DNA from: Myxococcales bacterium
GTDB taxonomy: Bacteria; Myxococcota_A; Polyangia; Fen-1088
Length of the DNA: 64,000 nt
Direction of reading: 5' to 3'
Assembly: GCA_022184915.1 (NCBI GenBank)
Contig: JAGTJU010000001.1
Location: 868,057 to 932,056, forward strand
This document shows positions 51,347-62,003 of the stretch, piece after piece. The notes below the pieces were generated by a model that worked only from the letters and a program-made list of their open reading frames with translations, did not search any database and was not told the origin of the DNA. A program made the position numbers and the translations under genes. How positions within the stretch are numbered: position 1 is the first letter of the stretch; each line of letters starts with the position of its first letter.

Positions 51347-52123
51347 ATGCAGCTCGGAGAAGCCATAGCCGTCATGGTGGCCGCGCCCGACGAGGGCGCG
51401 TGCTGGGCCTGCGAAGCGCCCCCACCCGAAGATCCCAAACCCAACGATCTCGCCGAAGATCCCGATTCGGCAAGCGCCGCCGAGAACAATCTGCACAACG
51501 ACTCGAGCAAGCTCGGCCGCAACCTTGGCCGTAGGCCTTCGTGGAACATCACGGTGCCAGACCGAGACGCGAGCGGTGGCACCATGACCCGCTCGGTGAC
51601 CGTGGTTCCGGGCGCCCATCACTTGATTCCGGGGAACGCCTCGCTCAAAAAAACGCCCTCGCTGCTCGCGCTCATGGAGAAACAAAAGGGCAAGGTGCGC
51701 GAGGACATCGGGTACGACGTCAACGGCGCCAAAAACGGCATTTGGCTACCAGCGAACTATGGGGTGAGGTCCGATTCGGAGTTCGGCAAGGCCTGGAGCG
51801 CTTACGGCTTTCAGAACGACTACGCCCTGGCGGCCATGAAGCGCGCCGGCGCGCAGTTTCACGACGCACACCCGGACTATAGCCGCAACGTGCAGCGCAC
51901 CCTCCGGGCCCTCGCTGACAAGATCAAGCTGCACGCCCCCGAAAAGTGTGGCATCTGCGAAAAAGAGATCTCCGACAAGGCGCGCCCTCCCTACGGCCTC
52001 GTGGGGCGCCTCGATGGGGTGTCACGCCAACACCGGGCCTTCTTGGCCGGTCCCGTGCGCAAGTGGCCCATCGCCAGTGGGTACTACACGTCCGCGCGTT
52101 CGGCGCTCATGAAGGGGAGTTAA
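51347..52123 (+). CDS. AHH-domain nuclease toxin (HNH superfamily)
   Basis: GAHHLIPG, GYDVN...NGIWLP, QFH..H..Y. Confidence 0.85.
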   Translation: MQLGEAIAVMVAAPDEGACWACEAPPPEDPKPNDLAEDPDSASAAENNLHNDSSKLGRNLGRRPSWNITVPDRDASGGTMTRSVTVVPGAHHLIPGNASLKKTPSLLALMEKQKGKVREDIGYDVNGAKNGIWLPANYGVRSDSEFGKAWSAYGFQNDYALAAMKRAGAQFHDAHPDYSRNVQRTLRALADKIKLHAPEKCGICEKEISDKARPPYGLVGRLDGVSRQHRAFLAGPVRKWPIASGYYTSARSALMKGS

Positions 52124-52683
52124 TGAGTTACTTCGTTCTGCAAGCGCGCACCCCCGTGGACGACGAGGGCGGCTACTACGACATCGGCGACGGCATCGAG
52201 CTCGACGGCGTGCGCAGCTGGGCCCTGGGGGTGCCGATCACCGCTTCTCTCGCCACGCCCCTCGTGGTTCCGCTCACCCCCATCGAGGGCTTCACGGGTG
52301 ATGTGCCCGCGTTGGCCGATGGGTATCTGTGTCTCATGAGCCATCCCCTCGTCGAGGCGCTGCGTGCAGCCGGTGTGGATAACCTTCAGACCTTCGATGC
52401 GGTCTTGGTCGACGAGACCCACGGGCGCACGTTTGCCTATCAGGCCGTCAACATCATCGGCATGGTCGCCGCGGCCGATCTGCAAGCGTCCCAGTGGGAG
52501 AACCTGGATGGCCCCGCGAAGATGGACACTCACTTCGACGAGCTGAAGATCGACCCCGATCGCGCGCTGGGCTTGCTTCTCTTTCGCCTGGCGGAGAACA
52601 CCGGGATCATCGTCGTTCACGAGCGCATCAAAAAGGCGCTCGAGGCGGCCGGGATCCCCACGTTGGTGTTTTTGCCGGCCTGA
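52123..52683 (+). CDS. cognate immunity protein (Imm11/DUF1629-like)
   Basis: TAATG coupling to toxin; L..AGVDNLQ.F, Y.AVNI, LFRLAE...IVVHERIK..L. Confidence 0.75.
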   Translation: MSYFVLQARTPVDDEGGYYDIGDGIELDGVRSWALGVPITASLATPLVVPLTPIEGFTGDVPALADGYLCLMSHPLVEALRAAGVDNLQTFDAVLVDETHGRTFAYQAVNIIGMVAAADLQASQWENLDGPAKMDTHFDELKIDPDRALGLLLFRLAENTGIIVVHERIKKALEAAGIPTLVFLPA

Positions 52684-52690
52684 GCTGCCG

Positions 52691-53698
52691 TCAGCGCATG
52701 AGGTCGATCACCCGTGTGGTGAAGGCCTCGGTCGTGCTCGTTCCGCCAATGTCCACCGTGGTGTACTTGCCCTCGGCGATGGCCGCTCTGACCGCGTTTT
52801 CCAGGCGCTGCGCGCGCTCTCGTTGCCCCAGACGATCCAGCATCATGGCCCCGGCCAGCATCACCGCCGTGGGGTTCGCCTTGCCTTGCCCGGCGATGTC
52901 GGGGGCCGTGCCGTGAACGGCTTCGAAAATGGCGGCGCTTTCGCCGATGTTGGCACCCGCCGTGAGCCCCAGGCCCCCCACCAGGCCCGCCGTCAGGTCC
53001 GACAGAATGTCTCCGAACAGGTTCGTGGTGACGATGATGTCGAAGCGTGAGGGATCGCGCACCAGCTGCATCGCGCAGTTGTCGACGATGAGGTCCTCGA
53101 ACACGATGTCGGGGTAGCTGCGCGCGATGTCGCGGCCCGTGTCCAGGAACAGGCCCGACGTCATCTTCAAGATGTTCGCTTTGTGGACCAGGGTCACCTT
53201 CTTGCGCCCGGCAGCCCGCGCGAACTCGAAGGCGAAGCGAATGATCCTATCGCAGCCGTGCCGCGTGATGATGCTGATCGCCTCGGCCGCGCTGCGCGTG
53301 GGGTCGATGTAATGTTCGATGCCCACGTACTCCCCTTGCGTGTTTTCCCGCACAACGAAAAGGTCCACCGTGTCGTAGCGCCCCTTGATGCCCTCGAACT
53401 TCCGCGCGGGCCGCAAGTTGGCGTAAAGATCGAACTCGAGCCGCAAGGAGACGTTCACGCTCTTGTAGCCGCCCCCCACGGGTGTGGCCAAGGGCCCCTT
53501 GAGGCAGACCTGGTTGGCACGGATCGATGCCAACGTGGCCTCAGGCAGCGGGGCGCCATGTTTCGGCACCGCGCTCGCCCCCGCGTCCTGCGGGTCCCAG
53601 GTGAGCGCTGCGCCCGTGGCCTCGATCGCGCGCACGGCGGCGTCCACGACCTCCGGCCCAATTCCATCCCCCCGAATCAACGTGACCTTGGTTGACAT
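52691..53698 (-). CDS. NAD-dependent isocitrate dehydrogenase (isocitrate/isopropylmalate family)
   Basis: [38 protein letters not shown]. Confidence 0.88.
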   Translation of the reverse strand: MSTKVTLIRGDGIGPEVVDAAVRAIEATGAALTWDPQDAGASAVPKHGAPLPEATLASIRANQVCLKGPLATPVGGGYKSVNVSLRLEFDLYANLRPARKFEGIKGRYDTVDLFVVRENTQGEYVGIEHYIDPTRSAAEAISIITRHGCDRIIRFAFEFARAAGRKKVTLVHKANILKMTSGLFLDTGRDIARSYPDIVFEDLIVDNCAMQLVRDPSRFDIIVTTNLFGDILSDLTAGLVGGLGLTAGANIGESAAIFEAVHGTAPDIAGQGKANPTAVMLAGAMMLDRLGQRERAQRLENAVRAAIAEGKYTTVDIGGTSTTEAFTTRVIDLMR

Positions 53699-53737
53699 CT
53701 CGATTTCGGAGTATAGGGGAACTCCCCAGCAAACATC

Positions 53738-56080
53738 GTGTTAGTCCCCCCGTCACACCTCGAATTTCTCGATTGGCCCGCCGTGGTCGACCGTCTGGCC
53801 GCGGGAGCCCAGTCCGACCGCGGCAGGGAATTTTGCCGCGCGCTGCTGCCCCTGGAAAACATGGAGGAAGCCCGCGCGCGGGGGCAGTGGGCCCGCGAGC
53901 TCATGGACATCTTGGTCCGCGAGGGCCGCATGCCGTCGCTGGCCTTCCCGGAGATCGAGCCTCACCTGCAACTCGCGCAGCAGGGGGGCGTGCTGGGGGC
54001 GGACGAGATGAGCCGGATCGGGGCATTTTGCGAGATCGGGGCCACCTGTCGGCGCTTCTTCGCGCGCTTTGCGCCGGGCGCAGGCGTGCACGAGGCCGCT
54101 GGCGTGTGGGGCCTGGTGGCGCCGCTCGGCGAGTGGGGCGAGCTGGCGCGGCTTGCGCGCGAGACCTTCGACGCCTCGGGGGAGATCCGTGACAGCGCCT
54201 CCCCGGTGCTGGCCCGGCTGCGCCGCGAGCGCGATCTGCTCGCCGCCCGCATCCGCGAGCAGGCCGAGGCGCTGCTCCTGTCGGAGGCGTACGAGCCCCT
54301 GCTGCAAGATCGCTTCGTCACCCAGCGCGGGGATCGCTTCGTGTTGCCGGTGCGCGCGTCGTTCAAGTCGATGGGCATGGGCATCGTGCACGATACGTCG
54401 CGCACCGGAGAGACCGTGTTCATCGAGCCCACGGCCCTCGTCGAGCTGAACAACAGGCTCAAGGTGCTCGAGCTCGAGATCCGCCACGAATGCCGCCGCA
54501 TCCTGGAGGAGCTCGCCGCCCTGGTGGCCGAAGCGGCTCCCGCCCTTCGCACCGATCTCGCGCGGCTCGGCCAGCTCGATTTTCTCGTGGCGCTGGCCCG
54601 TTACGGCGTGGCGTGTGACGGCACCCTGCTGACGCTCGTCGATGGCCCCGAACTCGATCTGTGCGATCTGCGCCACCCGCTGCTCGTGCTCCGCGCGCGG
54701 AGTGAAGGCTTTGCCGTGGTCGCGAACGAGGTGCACCTCGGGGGCTCTCTGGGCGCGCAGCTGCTGGTGGTGAGTGGACCCAACGCGGGCGGCAAAACGG
54801 TGTTCCTGAAGGCCGTGGGGCTGGCCGTGCTCTCGGCCCATGCGGGTTTGCCCGTGCCGGCCAGCGCACGTTGCCGCGTGGGGCGCTTTTCGGCGGTGCT
54901 GGCCGATATCGGCGACCAGCAAAGCGTGCTCGGCGATCTGTCCACGTTCTCGGCGCACCTGGCGAACATGGCAGGCATCCTCGAGACCGTGGCCGCCACG
55001 GGGGGGCAGCCGGCGCTCGTGCTCTGCGACGAGCTCATGGCGGGCACCAACCCGGACCAAGGGGCTGCGCTCGCACGGGCTTGCCTGGAAGCGATGGCAG
55101 AGGGCCGGGCCTTGGGCGTCTGCACCACCCACTACGACGCGCTCAAGGCTTTGGCCGACGGCGATGCGCGCTTTCGCAACGCGGGCATGGAATACGATCC
55201 CGAGAACCTGCGCCCCACCTTTCGGATGCGGGAAGGCTTGCCGGGGCGTAGCTACGCGCTCGACATCGCGGGGCGCATGGGCCTGCCCGTGACGGTGTTG
55301 GCCCGCGCGCAGGAGCTCGTGGGGGCGCCGTCGGTGGGGCTCGAGACGGTGTTGCGCGATCTCGAGCTGCGGGAGGCCTCGCTTGCCGCACAGGAGGCCG
55401 CCCTCGCGGAGGCCCGGGCGGAGTTCGAGCACCAAGCCGAGCGAGAAAAGTCCGCGACCGAGGCCCTCGTCAAGCGCGAACGTGAGCTGGCGGTGAAGAT
55501 CCGGGAAACGATCGAGACTTCCGTCAAACAAGCGCGCGAGCAGCTTCGGGAGATCGTGCAGACCGCACGCAACGAAGCGGCAAACAAGGGCGTCGATCGC
55601 GCGGTCGCAGCGGCGCGGGAGGCGCTGGCGCGCACGGCGGAGGCGGCCCGCGAGGGCTTGCCCGAGGCGGACCCCAAGCTGGATCTCGAGCGGCTCAAGA
55701 AGGCCTGGGCCCGCCGGGGCTTTCGCGGCCTCAAGGGCGAGGGGGTGGTGGCGGCGGGGCCTGTGAAGCCCCCACCCGGCAAGCCGATGGCCGCCCCGGC
55801 CCCCGAGGACGAGTTCGCAGGGGTCCTCAAATCTCGGCGCAACAGCATCGATGTGCGCGGCCTGCGGGTCGATGACGCCTTGGCCACGGTCGAGTCGCGG
55901 CTCGACGAAGCCCTGCGCGAGGGCGCCGATGCCGTGTTCGTGATTCACGGTTACGGCTCGGGCGCGCTCCGTAAAGCCGTGCGGGAGTTCCTGTCGCTCT
56001 CTCCCGCGGTTGCACGGCAGCGTCCTGGTCAGCGCGAAGAGGGTGGTGATGGCGTCACCGTGGCAATCGTGAGGGGCTAG
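53738..56080 (+). CDS. mutS2: MutS2 family ATPase with Smr domain
   Basis: SGPNAGGKT, DIGDQQS..LSTFS, TTHY, G.SYAL, C-terminal DVRG..IHG.GSGALR. Confidence 0.92.
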   Translation: MLVPPSHLEFLDWPAVVDRLAAGAQSDRGREFCRALLPLENMEEARARGQWARELMDILVREGRMPSLAFPEIEPHLQLAQQGGVLGADEMSRIGAFCEIGATCRRFFARFAPGAGVHEAAGVWGLVAPLGEWGELARLARETFDASGEIRDSASPVLARLRRERDLLAARIREQAEALLLSEAYEPLLQDRFVTQRGDRFVLPVRASFKSMGMGIVHDTSRTGETVFIEPTALVELNNRLKVLELEIRHECRRILEELAALVAEAAPALRTDLARLGQLDFLVALARYGVACDGTLLTLVDGPELDLCDLRHPLLVLRARSEGFAVVANEVHLGGSLGAQLLVVSGPNAGGKTVFLKAVGLAVLSAHAGLPVPASARCRVGRFSAVLADIGDQQSVLGDLSTFSAHLANMAGILETVAATGGQPALVLCDELMAGTNPDQGAALARACLEAMAEGRALGVCTTHYDALKALADGDARFRNAGMEYDPENLRPTFRMREGLPGRSYALDIAGRMGLPVTVLARAQELVGAPSVGLETVLRDLELREASLAAQEAALAEARAEFEHQAEREKSATEALVKRERELAVKIRETIETSVKQAREQLREIVQTARNEAANKGVDRAVAAAREALARTAEAAREGLPEADPKLDLERLKKAWARRGFRGLKGEGVVAAGPVKPPPGKPMAAPAPEDEFAGVLKSRRNSIDVRGLRVDDALATVESRLDEALREGADAVFVIHGYGSGALRKAVREFLSLSPAVARQRPGQREEGGDGVTVAIVRG

Positions 56081-56083
56081 GCC

Positions 56084-58033
56084 GTGCTGCCTCTTCGGCT
56101 CCACCGCGCTCTGGCTGCCCTGGCCGCTGCCCTGGCCGCAGGTCCCGCCGGGGTGGCCCTGGCGTGGCTCTTTCAGCTTTTCGCGGCCCGCCTCACGTTC
56201 GCCCTTGACCTCGAGTGGATGGAGGGAGGCCTGCTGCTTCACGCGCAGCGCCTGCAGCAGGGCCTCGAAATTTACGTTCCGCCCTCGCTCGACTTCATTC
56301 CTTATCTCTACACGCCCTTTTATCCGCAGCTTCTCGCGTGGCTCGGGCATGTGTTTCCCCTGGGCTACGGGCTTGGCCGTTCGGTGTCCGTGCTGGCGTT
56401 CGCAGGGGTGTGCCTGCTTGCACCCGTTTTGGCGGTGGTTCCCGCATGGCGCTTGGACGCGGGGGCGCGGCGGTGGGGGGCGTTGCTGGCGGGGGCGCTG
56501 GGGCTGGGGGCCGCAGGGCCCATCGCAGCCAGCTACGTGTTCACGGGCACCTTTTACGATCTCGTCCGCGCCGATTCTTTGGCCATGTTGCTCATCGGCT
56601 TGTCCGCGACGTGCGGCTTTCTCGGGCGGCGTACGCTGTCCGCGGTGGCCGCGGGGCTCTTGATCGCGCTTGCCTTCTTCACGAAACAAACGGCGTCCTT
56701 GCCGGGCATCGCCGTGGGACTCGGGCTGCTCGTGGCAAACTTGCGACGCGGATTCATCTACGGCGTCACCGCCGCTTTGGCGCTGGGAGCCGGTGTGCTC
56801 TACTGGCAGGCCCGCAGCGGCGGTTGGTTTTGGACGTACGTCTTCGAGCTCCACCAAAGCCACGGATTCAACCGCGCTCTGGCCTATCGTGAAACGCCGC
56901 TGCGGCTCCTGCGTCAGGCCTGGCCGCTTTACAGTGCGCTTGCGCTTGCCACCGTGGGCCTGGCACTCGGGCGGCGGTTGCGAAGGATCGACGCGCTGCC
57001 CTTGTTGCTTGCCGTTTCGGGGTTCGTGGTCGCATGCGTCGGCTTTGGCACCCAGTGGGCCTTCGATAACGCCTTCATACCCGCCATCGTCTTTCCGGCT
57101 TGGGCCGTGGCGGCCCTTGGCGGGCGGCTCGTGGCCGTGGCGCCCGTGCGCCTGGGTGCGGTGGCGCTCGCGGTGCTGGTGGCTTCGGGCCTCGGCTTCG
57201 CGAGCGTGAGGGACGGCGCCCCTGACAAAAGCGCGCTTGCGCCCTCGCGCACCGATCGGCGCGCGGCCGTCCGTCTGCTCGAGATCTTGCGCGGCCTGCC
57301 GGGCGAGGGGTTCATTCCCTTTCACCCCTTTTACGCCGTGCTTTCGGGGCACAAGCCCTTCGTGCACCGCATGGGGGTGATGGACGTGGGCGCCCAGCTC
57401 GGCCGCCCCGCGGGGCTCGACCAAGCCATCGCCGAACAGCGTTTCGACTTCATCGTGCTCGACTGGAAGTCTCGCCCCTACGAATGGCCGGGGCTCGACA
57501 ACCGCTATCACGTGGTCAAGACGCTCACCGAAGGCCTCGACTCCGTACGAATGTTTTCAGGGGCACAAACCTCGCCTCGCCAGATCCTGCTGCCGATTCG
57601 ATCGCCTCCCGCCTTGCCCCCCGGCGCCACCGTGCTCTTCGACTTCGAGCAGGGCATCTGGGCGGGCTTTCAGCCCGAGGGCAACGCCTGGGACCCGACA
57701 CCGTCCCCTGCGCCCCCGGGCGCGTTTGGGCGCTTTGCCGCCGATTCGCGGGTGCTGGGCCGCCACACCAAAGGTGTGCTGCGCTCTTCTCCCTTCGTGC
57801 TCTCGGGCGGAGCCCTCCGGTTGTGGCTCGACGGAGATCGCCATCCCGGTCTGCGCGTGGCCCTGCTCGTGGGCCCCGAGGTGGTGCACGAAGCGGCCCC
57901 CAAGGGCGAACCCGCCACCCTCACCTGGCCGGTCGAGGCGTACAAAGGCCAGACCGCCACACTCATGATCGAAGACAACTCCGATGTGGGGGGCCTGGCG
58001 GTGGATCAGGTGATCGACCTCGGCACGCCCTAG
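56084..58033 (+). CDS. GT-C (ArnT/PMT-like) membrane glycosyltransferase with C-terminal beta domain
   Basis: LEWMEG, YTPFYP, RADSL, TKQT in a multi-TM protein. Confidence 0.7.
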   Translation: MLPLRLHRALAALAAALAAGPAGVALAWLFQLFAARLTFALDLEWMEGGLLLHAQRLQQGLEIYVPPSLDFIPYLYTPFYPQLLAWLGHVFPLGYGLGRSVSVLAFAGVCLLAPVLAVVPAWRLDAGARRWGALLAGALGLGAAGPIAASYVFTGTFYDLVRADSLAMLLIGLSATCGFLGRRTLSAVAAGLLIALAFFTKQTASLPGIAVGLGLLVANLRRGFIYGVTAALALGAGVLYWQARSGGWFWTYVFELHQSHGFNRALAYRETPLRLLRQAWPLYSALALATVGLALGRRLRRIDALPLLLAVSGFVVACVGFGTQWAFDNAFIPAIVFPAWAVAALGGRLVAVAPVRLGAVALAVLVASGLGFASVRDGAPDKSALAPSRTDRRAAVRLLEILRGLPGEGFIPFHPFYAVLSGHKPFVHRMGVMDVGAQLGRPAGLDQAIAEQRFDFIVLDWKSRPYEWPGLDNRYHVVKTLTEGLDSVRMFSGAQTSPRQILLPIRSPPALPPGATVLFDFEQGIWAGFQPEGNAWDPTPSPAPPGAFGRFAADSRVLGRHTKGVLRSSPFVLSGGALRLWLDGDRHPGLRVALLVGPEVVHEAAPKGEPATLTWPVEAYKGQTATLMIEDNSDVGGLAVDQVIDLGTP

Positions 58034-58042
58034 GCGCGACTT

Positions 58043-59656
58043 TCAGCGTGGGCGCACGCGCATCATCACGTAGGCGTCGAACCGGGCCTGCTTGTAGGTG
58101 TGGCTCTTCTCGGGGGCGTAGAGCTTGAAGGGCCTTTGCCCGCGCGCGCTGAAGCGCGTGCCCGAGCGACCGTAGAACGTCACCGGCAGACCTCGCCGCA
58201 CCAGCGGGGCGAAGTTTCCGTCGACTTTGTCGGCCACCGCGGATGCGGCTGTCGTCTCCGCGGTCTTCGTGGCGAAGTTCACCAGGCCCGCAACGCCCCC
58301 CGAGAGAAATGAGTTGGTCGCTCGTTCGGCCACGCCGATCCCGAGCCGCGTCTGCGCCTCGGCAAGCAGCGCGTCCTCCGCGCCGAGTGCCCCGGGGGCA
58401 AGCTTGGCCCGCATCATCGCCAGCACATCGCGAGAATGAGCCAGCTGGGAGATCGCATAGACGTCGCTGCCGGCGTCGGCCCAGCCCATGGCTTCGGCCA
58501 ATCCCCAGGCCGCCTCGGCACGGCCTGCCAGCGTGAAGACCCACGTGTCGCGTCCCCCGCCCGCGACGATGCCGGGCGCGCAGCTCACACCAAACTTCCC
58601 CCGACGGTTCACATCGGCGTACGTCACGAGCGTGTTCACCGGCCCGGGGCGCAAGCCGCCTTCGGGCAGGTACTTGACGACCGCGTAGCGCTCTTCCCCA
58701 TGAGGCACGGCGCCCACGAAGACGTAAAGCTTCGACCCGCTCACCAGGTAGTCCCAGCCGATCACATCTTCCACCGTGAGCCCCGACGGCACGTCGATCT
58801 CGACCCAGGTGTTTCGTACGGCGGTTCGCAAGATGGCGTTCGCCTCGCGCTGAAAAATGGCGGGAATGTCCGCAGGCGATCCCACGAAGTGATAGGTGCC
58901 GCCGCCCGCGTCGGCCATGCCCTGCATGAGGAGTTCGTCGTGGGCAGGGCCAAACCCAATGGTGGTGGTGCCCACGCCATGCTCGGCCGCCCGCGCAGCG
59001 ATGCGGAACAAGGCCTCGGGTGCTGCAAGGCCCTTCGTGGGCTGGCCGTCCGAGAACAACACCAGCTGGTTGACTTGCCACGCCGAAAACGCAGAGAACG
59101 TCTCCGAGAGGCCCGCCAAATATCCTCCTGAAAGCCAAGTGCCCCCGCCGTTGGCCAGGGCGCGGATCCGGGTGATGGCTTCGGTCCTCGTGGAGGCGTC
59201 GATCGTCAAAGGAGGCAACGCCTCGAATACGCCGTCGGAGAACACGACCAGCGAAACTTTGTCACCCTCGCGGAACGCCGCGACGAAGGCCTCGGCCGCC
59301 TGCAACATGGCGGCGAAGGGCCGGCCGCGCATCGAGCCCGAGCGGTCGAGCACGAGGCCCACGTTGAGCGGTGCCACCTCCCCGTTCATCGTCCTGCCGC
59401 GCACGCTGAGGGCGGTGTAGAGGCGCCCATTCGGCAACAGAGGGGCCACGCCGCAGGACACCTCCACCGACGCCTTCGTGGGATCCTCCGGCGCCACCGT
59501 GGGCCATTCCGGCGGGGGCGCGTTTGCGAATACCTCCGGCTCCGTCAACAGCTCGAGAGCAGGTGTGCGGGGTAAAGGGGTTGCGGAAGCGCACGCGCCC
59601 ATCAATCCCAGCACGGCCCACGCCAACCCAAACCGAAATCCCTCCCCGTGATTCAT
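58043..59656 (-). CDS. VWA-domain lipoprotein
   Basis: MGAC lipobox, LVLDRSGSM MIDAS, GGT, LFSDGQP, TTIGFG. Confidence 0.85.
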   Translation of the reverse strand: MNHGEGFRFGLAWAVLGLMGACASATPLPRTPALELLTEPEVFANAPPPEWPTVAPEDPTKASVEVSCGVAPLLPNGRLYTALSVRGRTMNGEVAPLNVGLVLDRSGSMRGRPFAAMLQAAEAFVAAFREGDKVSLVVFSDGVFEALPPLTIDASTRTEAITRIRALANGGGTWLSGGYLAGLSETFSAFSAWQVNQLVLFSDGQPTKGLAAPEALFRIAARAAEHGVGTTTIGFGPAHDELLMQGMADAGGGTYHFVGSPADIPAIFQREANAILRTAVRNTWVEIDVPSGLTVEDVIGWDYLVSGSKLYVFVGAVPHGEERYAVVKYLPEGGLRPGPVNTLVTYADVNRRGKFGVSCAPGIVAGGGRDTWVFTLAGRAEAAWGLAEAMGWADAGSDVYAISQLAHSRDVLAMMRAKLAPGALGAEDALLAEAQTRLGIGVAERATNSFLSGGVAGLVNFATKTAETTAASAVADKVDGNFAPLVRRGLPVTFYGRSGTRFSARGQRPFKLYAPEKSHTYKQARFDAYVMMRVRPR

Positions 59657-59837
59657 GGCGCTCGATTGTAACGCAACCCAGGCCGGTTGGCGCCGCCTCG
59701 AGATAAGTGTCGATGCACACAGGGGGGCACACTCGGCGCTCCTTGCGGGGCGAGACTCGGTGAGGGTGGTATGAAACTTGTACGTAGGGGAGGCATGACG
59801 GACGCCGGCACGCGCCGTTCAAAGCCAGCGAGGGCAC

Positions 59838-60488
59838 ATGGAAGAGCCAGAGCACAAGCGTTTCGTCACCGTCCTGCGAACTAACGATCCGCTGCGCGGG
59901 CGCTTCCTTGCCGCCGCCCTCAAGCAGGCAGGCCTTCCCGTTCAGCACCCGGGGCTCGAACATGCGTCCATGCTTCCGGGGTTCCGCATCCTCGACATCG
60001 ACCTGCGGGTGCCTCTCGAGCGGGCCGAAGAGGCGCGCCAGCTCATCGAGGCGCTAGAGCCTCCTGTCGACGTGGTCGACCCCATGCCCGCCCTGGACGC
60101 GCGCAGCGGGTTGCCTTACCGCCAGGCCCCCCAGCGGGTCGCCTTCAGGGTGCCCACCGATCGCTCGAGCCTGCTGTGTGGCGCAGGGCTGACGCTGGCG
60201 ATGGCCGTGGTGATGATGTTGAGGCCGCTTGGCTTGGTGCCCGTCTCGCTCATCATGTTGGGCTTCCCGATCATCGGCTACGTGATGGGAGGCTCCTTCC
60301 TGGCGCTCACCTGCTCGGGGCCTCGCTGTGGCGGGCGCTTGCTTCGCGCGGCCGAACAGTGTCCCCACTGCGGGGCACGTATCGTGGGCGACATTCGCCG
60401 CCACACCCATCACGCCACGGCGCTCGAGGCTCATCTGAGTCGTGACGCCCAAGACGACGCGCGCCAGCTCGAGACGAACCAACGCTGA
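59838..60488 (+). CDS. DUF2007-like protein with 2 TM and zinc ribbon
   Basis: L+VP.E.AEEAR.L, CSGPRCG...CPHCG. Confidence 0.65.
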   Translation: MEEPEHKRFVTVLRTNDPLRGRFLAAALKQAGLPVQHPGLEHASMLPGFRILDIDLRVPLERAEEARQLIEALEPPVDVVDPMPALDARSGLPYRQAPQRVAFRVPTDRSSLLCGAGLTLAMAVVMMLRPLGLVPVSLIMLGFPIIGYVMGGSFLALTCSGPRCGGRLLRAAEQCPHCGARIVGDIRRHTHHATALEAHLSRDAQDDARQLETNQR

Positions 60489-60512
60489 CCTCGCAATGTC
60501 TCTTCGTGCGCC

Positions 60513-61286
60513 TCACGGGCGCAGAGGGTGCAGGGCGGCTCGCTGACGCCTGCGTTCTTTGACGCTGCGGCGGTTCTCGAACAGCTTCACCATCAGCACC
60601 CCCGCGGCGAACCCGCCGATGTGCGCCCACACCGCCACGCCCCCCGAGATCTCGGACTTCATGCTGTTGAGCTGGGGCAGTCCCGCAAGCAGCTGAAAGC
60701 CGATCCACCAAAGCAACACCAGATAGGCGGGAAGGGGAATGATGCGAATGAAGATAAAGAAGATGAAGAGGATGTTGACCCGGACGCGGGGGTAAAGCAC
60801 GAGGTAGGCGCCCAGCACGCCCGCGATCGCCCCCGAGGCGCCCACCATGGGAACGGGGGAGGCCGGATTGACGGCGATCTGCGCCGCCGCTGCCGCAAGC
60901 CCGCACAGCAGGTAAAACGCCACGAAGCGCAAGCGCCCCATGCTGTCTTCGACGTTGTTGCCAAAGACCCAAAGGAAAAGACCGTTTCCCAGCAAGTGCA
61001 TCCAGCTGCCGTGCAGGAACATCGACGTCACGGGCGTCAGCACGTTGATGGGCTCGCGATCCACGACGCAGGCCATGCCCTCGGCAATGGGAACGCCGAA
61101 CCCCACCTCGGCCGCCCGGGTCAGCTCGCCCGGCACGAGGCCGAGGTTGCAGACCGATGCCGCCAGGGCATTGGCATCAAGTCCAGCCCCTTGCACGAAC
61201 ACCCACACCAGGGCCAGCATCGCCAGCAACGCCCAGGTCACCACCGGCGTGCGAAGCGTCGGGTTGTCGTCGCTGATCGGAATCAT
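60513..61286 (-). CDS. rhomboid intramembrane serine protease
   Basis: SMFLHG.W.HL.GN, GASGA, AHIGG. Confidence 0.92.
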   Translation of the reverse strand: MIPISDDNPTLRTPVVTWALLAMLALVWVFVQGAGLDANALAASVCNLGLVPGELTRAAEVGFGVPIAEGMACVVDREPINVLTPVTSMFLHGSWMHLLGNGLFLWVFGNNVEDSMGRLRFVAFYLLCGLAAAAAQIAVNPASPVPMVGASGAIAGVLGAYLVLYPRVRVNILFIFFIFIRIIPLPAYLVLLWWIGFQLLAGLPQLNSMKSEISGGVAVWAHIGGFAAGVLMVKLFENRRSVKERRRQRAALHPLRP

Positions 61287-61418
61287 GATACGAAAGCATG
61301 AGGCCCCGTGAGTGTCTGAGCAACGGCGCGCCCTGTAGCCCGCCGGGGTGCTGCCCTCGTTCGCGGGCTCTCGAAGGAGGCTCGTTTCGTCAGGCTCCGT
61401 CGACTACACTCTGGCGCC

Positions 61419-61910
61419 GTGAGCCGCATCGACGAACTCATTGCCTTGTTGAAGCTCGCGCCGCATCCCGAGCGGGGATACTTCGCAGAAACCCATCGGA
61501 CGCCCGTGCAGGTCCAGTCTCCCACGCACCCGGGGCCACGGGCTGCCAGCACCGCCATCTATTTCCTGCTCGGCGAGGACCAGGGGGCCACGTACCTTCA
61601 CCGCTTGCGCTCGGACGAGGTCTTCCACCTCTACGAAGGAGGTCCGCTCGACGTGCTCATGCTGGGGCCGGACGACGACGGGCAGGTGCGGCGCCTCGGC
61701 CGCGACCTCCGAGCCGGTGAGCGTCCCCAGCTCGTCATCCCCGCCGGCACCTGGTTCGGCACCGCGCTGCCCCCGGGCGTGTCCCACTGCCTCTTCGGAT
61801 GCACGGTGGCTCCCGGCTTCGCGTTCGAGGACTTCGAGCTGGCCACGGGCCCAGACTTGGCGGCTCGCTACCCCCGGTATCGCGAGCTCATCACCCGCAT
61901 GAGCCGGTGA
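61419..61910 (+). CDS. cupin DUF985 family protein
   Basis: PHPE.GYF.ET, TAIYFLL, CTVAPGF.FEDF. Confidence 0.9.
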   Translation: MSRIDELIALLKLAPHPERGYFAETHRTPVQVQSPTHPGPRAASTAIYFLLGEDQGATYLHRLRSDEVFHLYEGGPLDVLMLGPDDDGQVRRLGRDLRAGERPQLVIPAGTWFGTALPPGVSHCLFGCTVAPGFAFEDFELATGPDLAARYPRYRELITRMSR

Positions 61911-62003
61911 GACGACGGCCGGCCGAGGACGAGAAAACGCCATGCGTCACGCGTAAGTGGATTGCAGACCTGCTCAGGTCGTGGAATGGTCTTGACGCCT
62001 GAC

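Noticed and set aside
53753-57511. 1252-aa minus-strand ORF
   Set aside because: Antisense shadow of mutS2 and the GT-C gene; no motifs; expected at high GC
61946-61980. CGTCAC upstream of the 62004 gene as a regulon site
   Set aside because: No TAT-like -10 at N22/23
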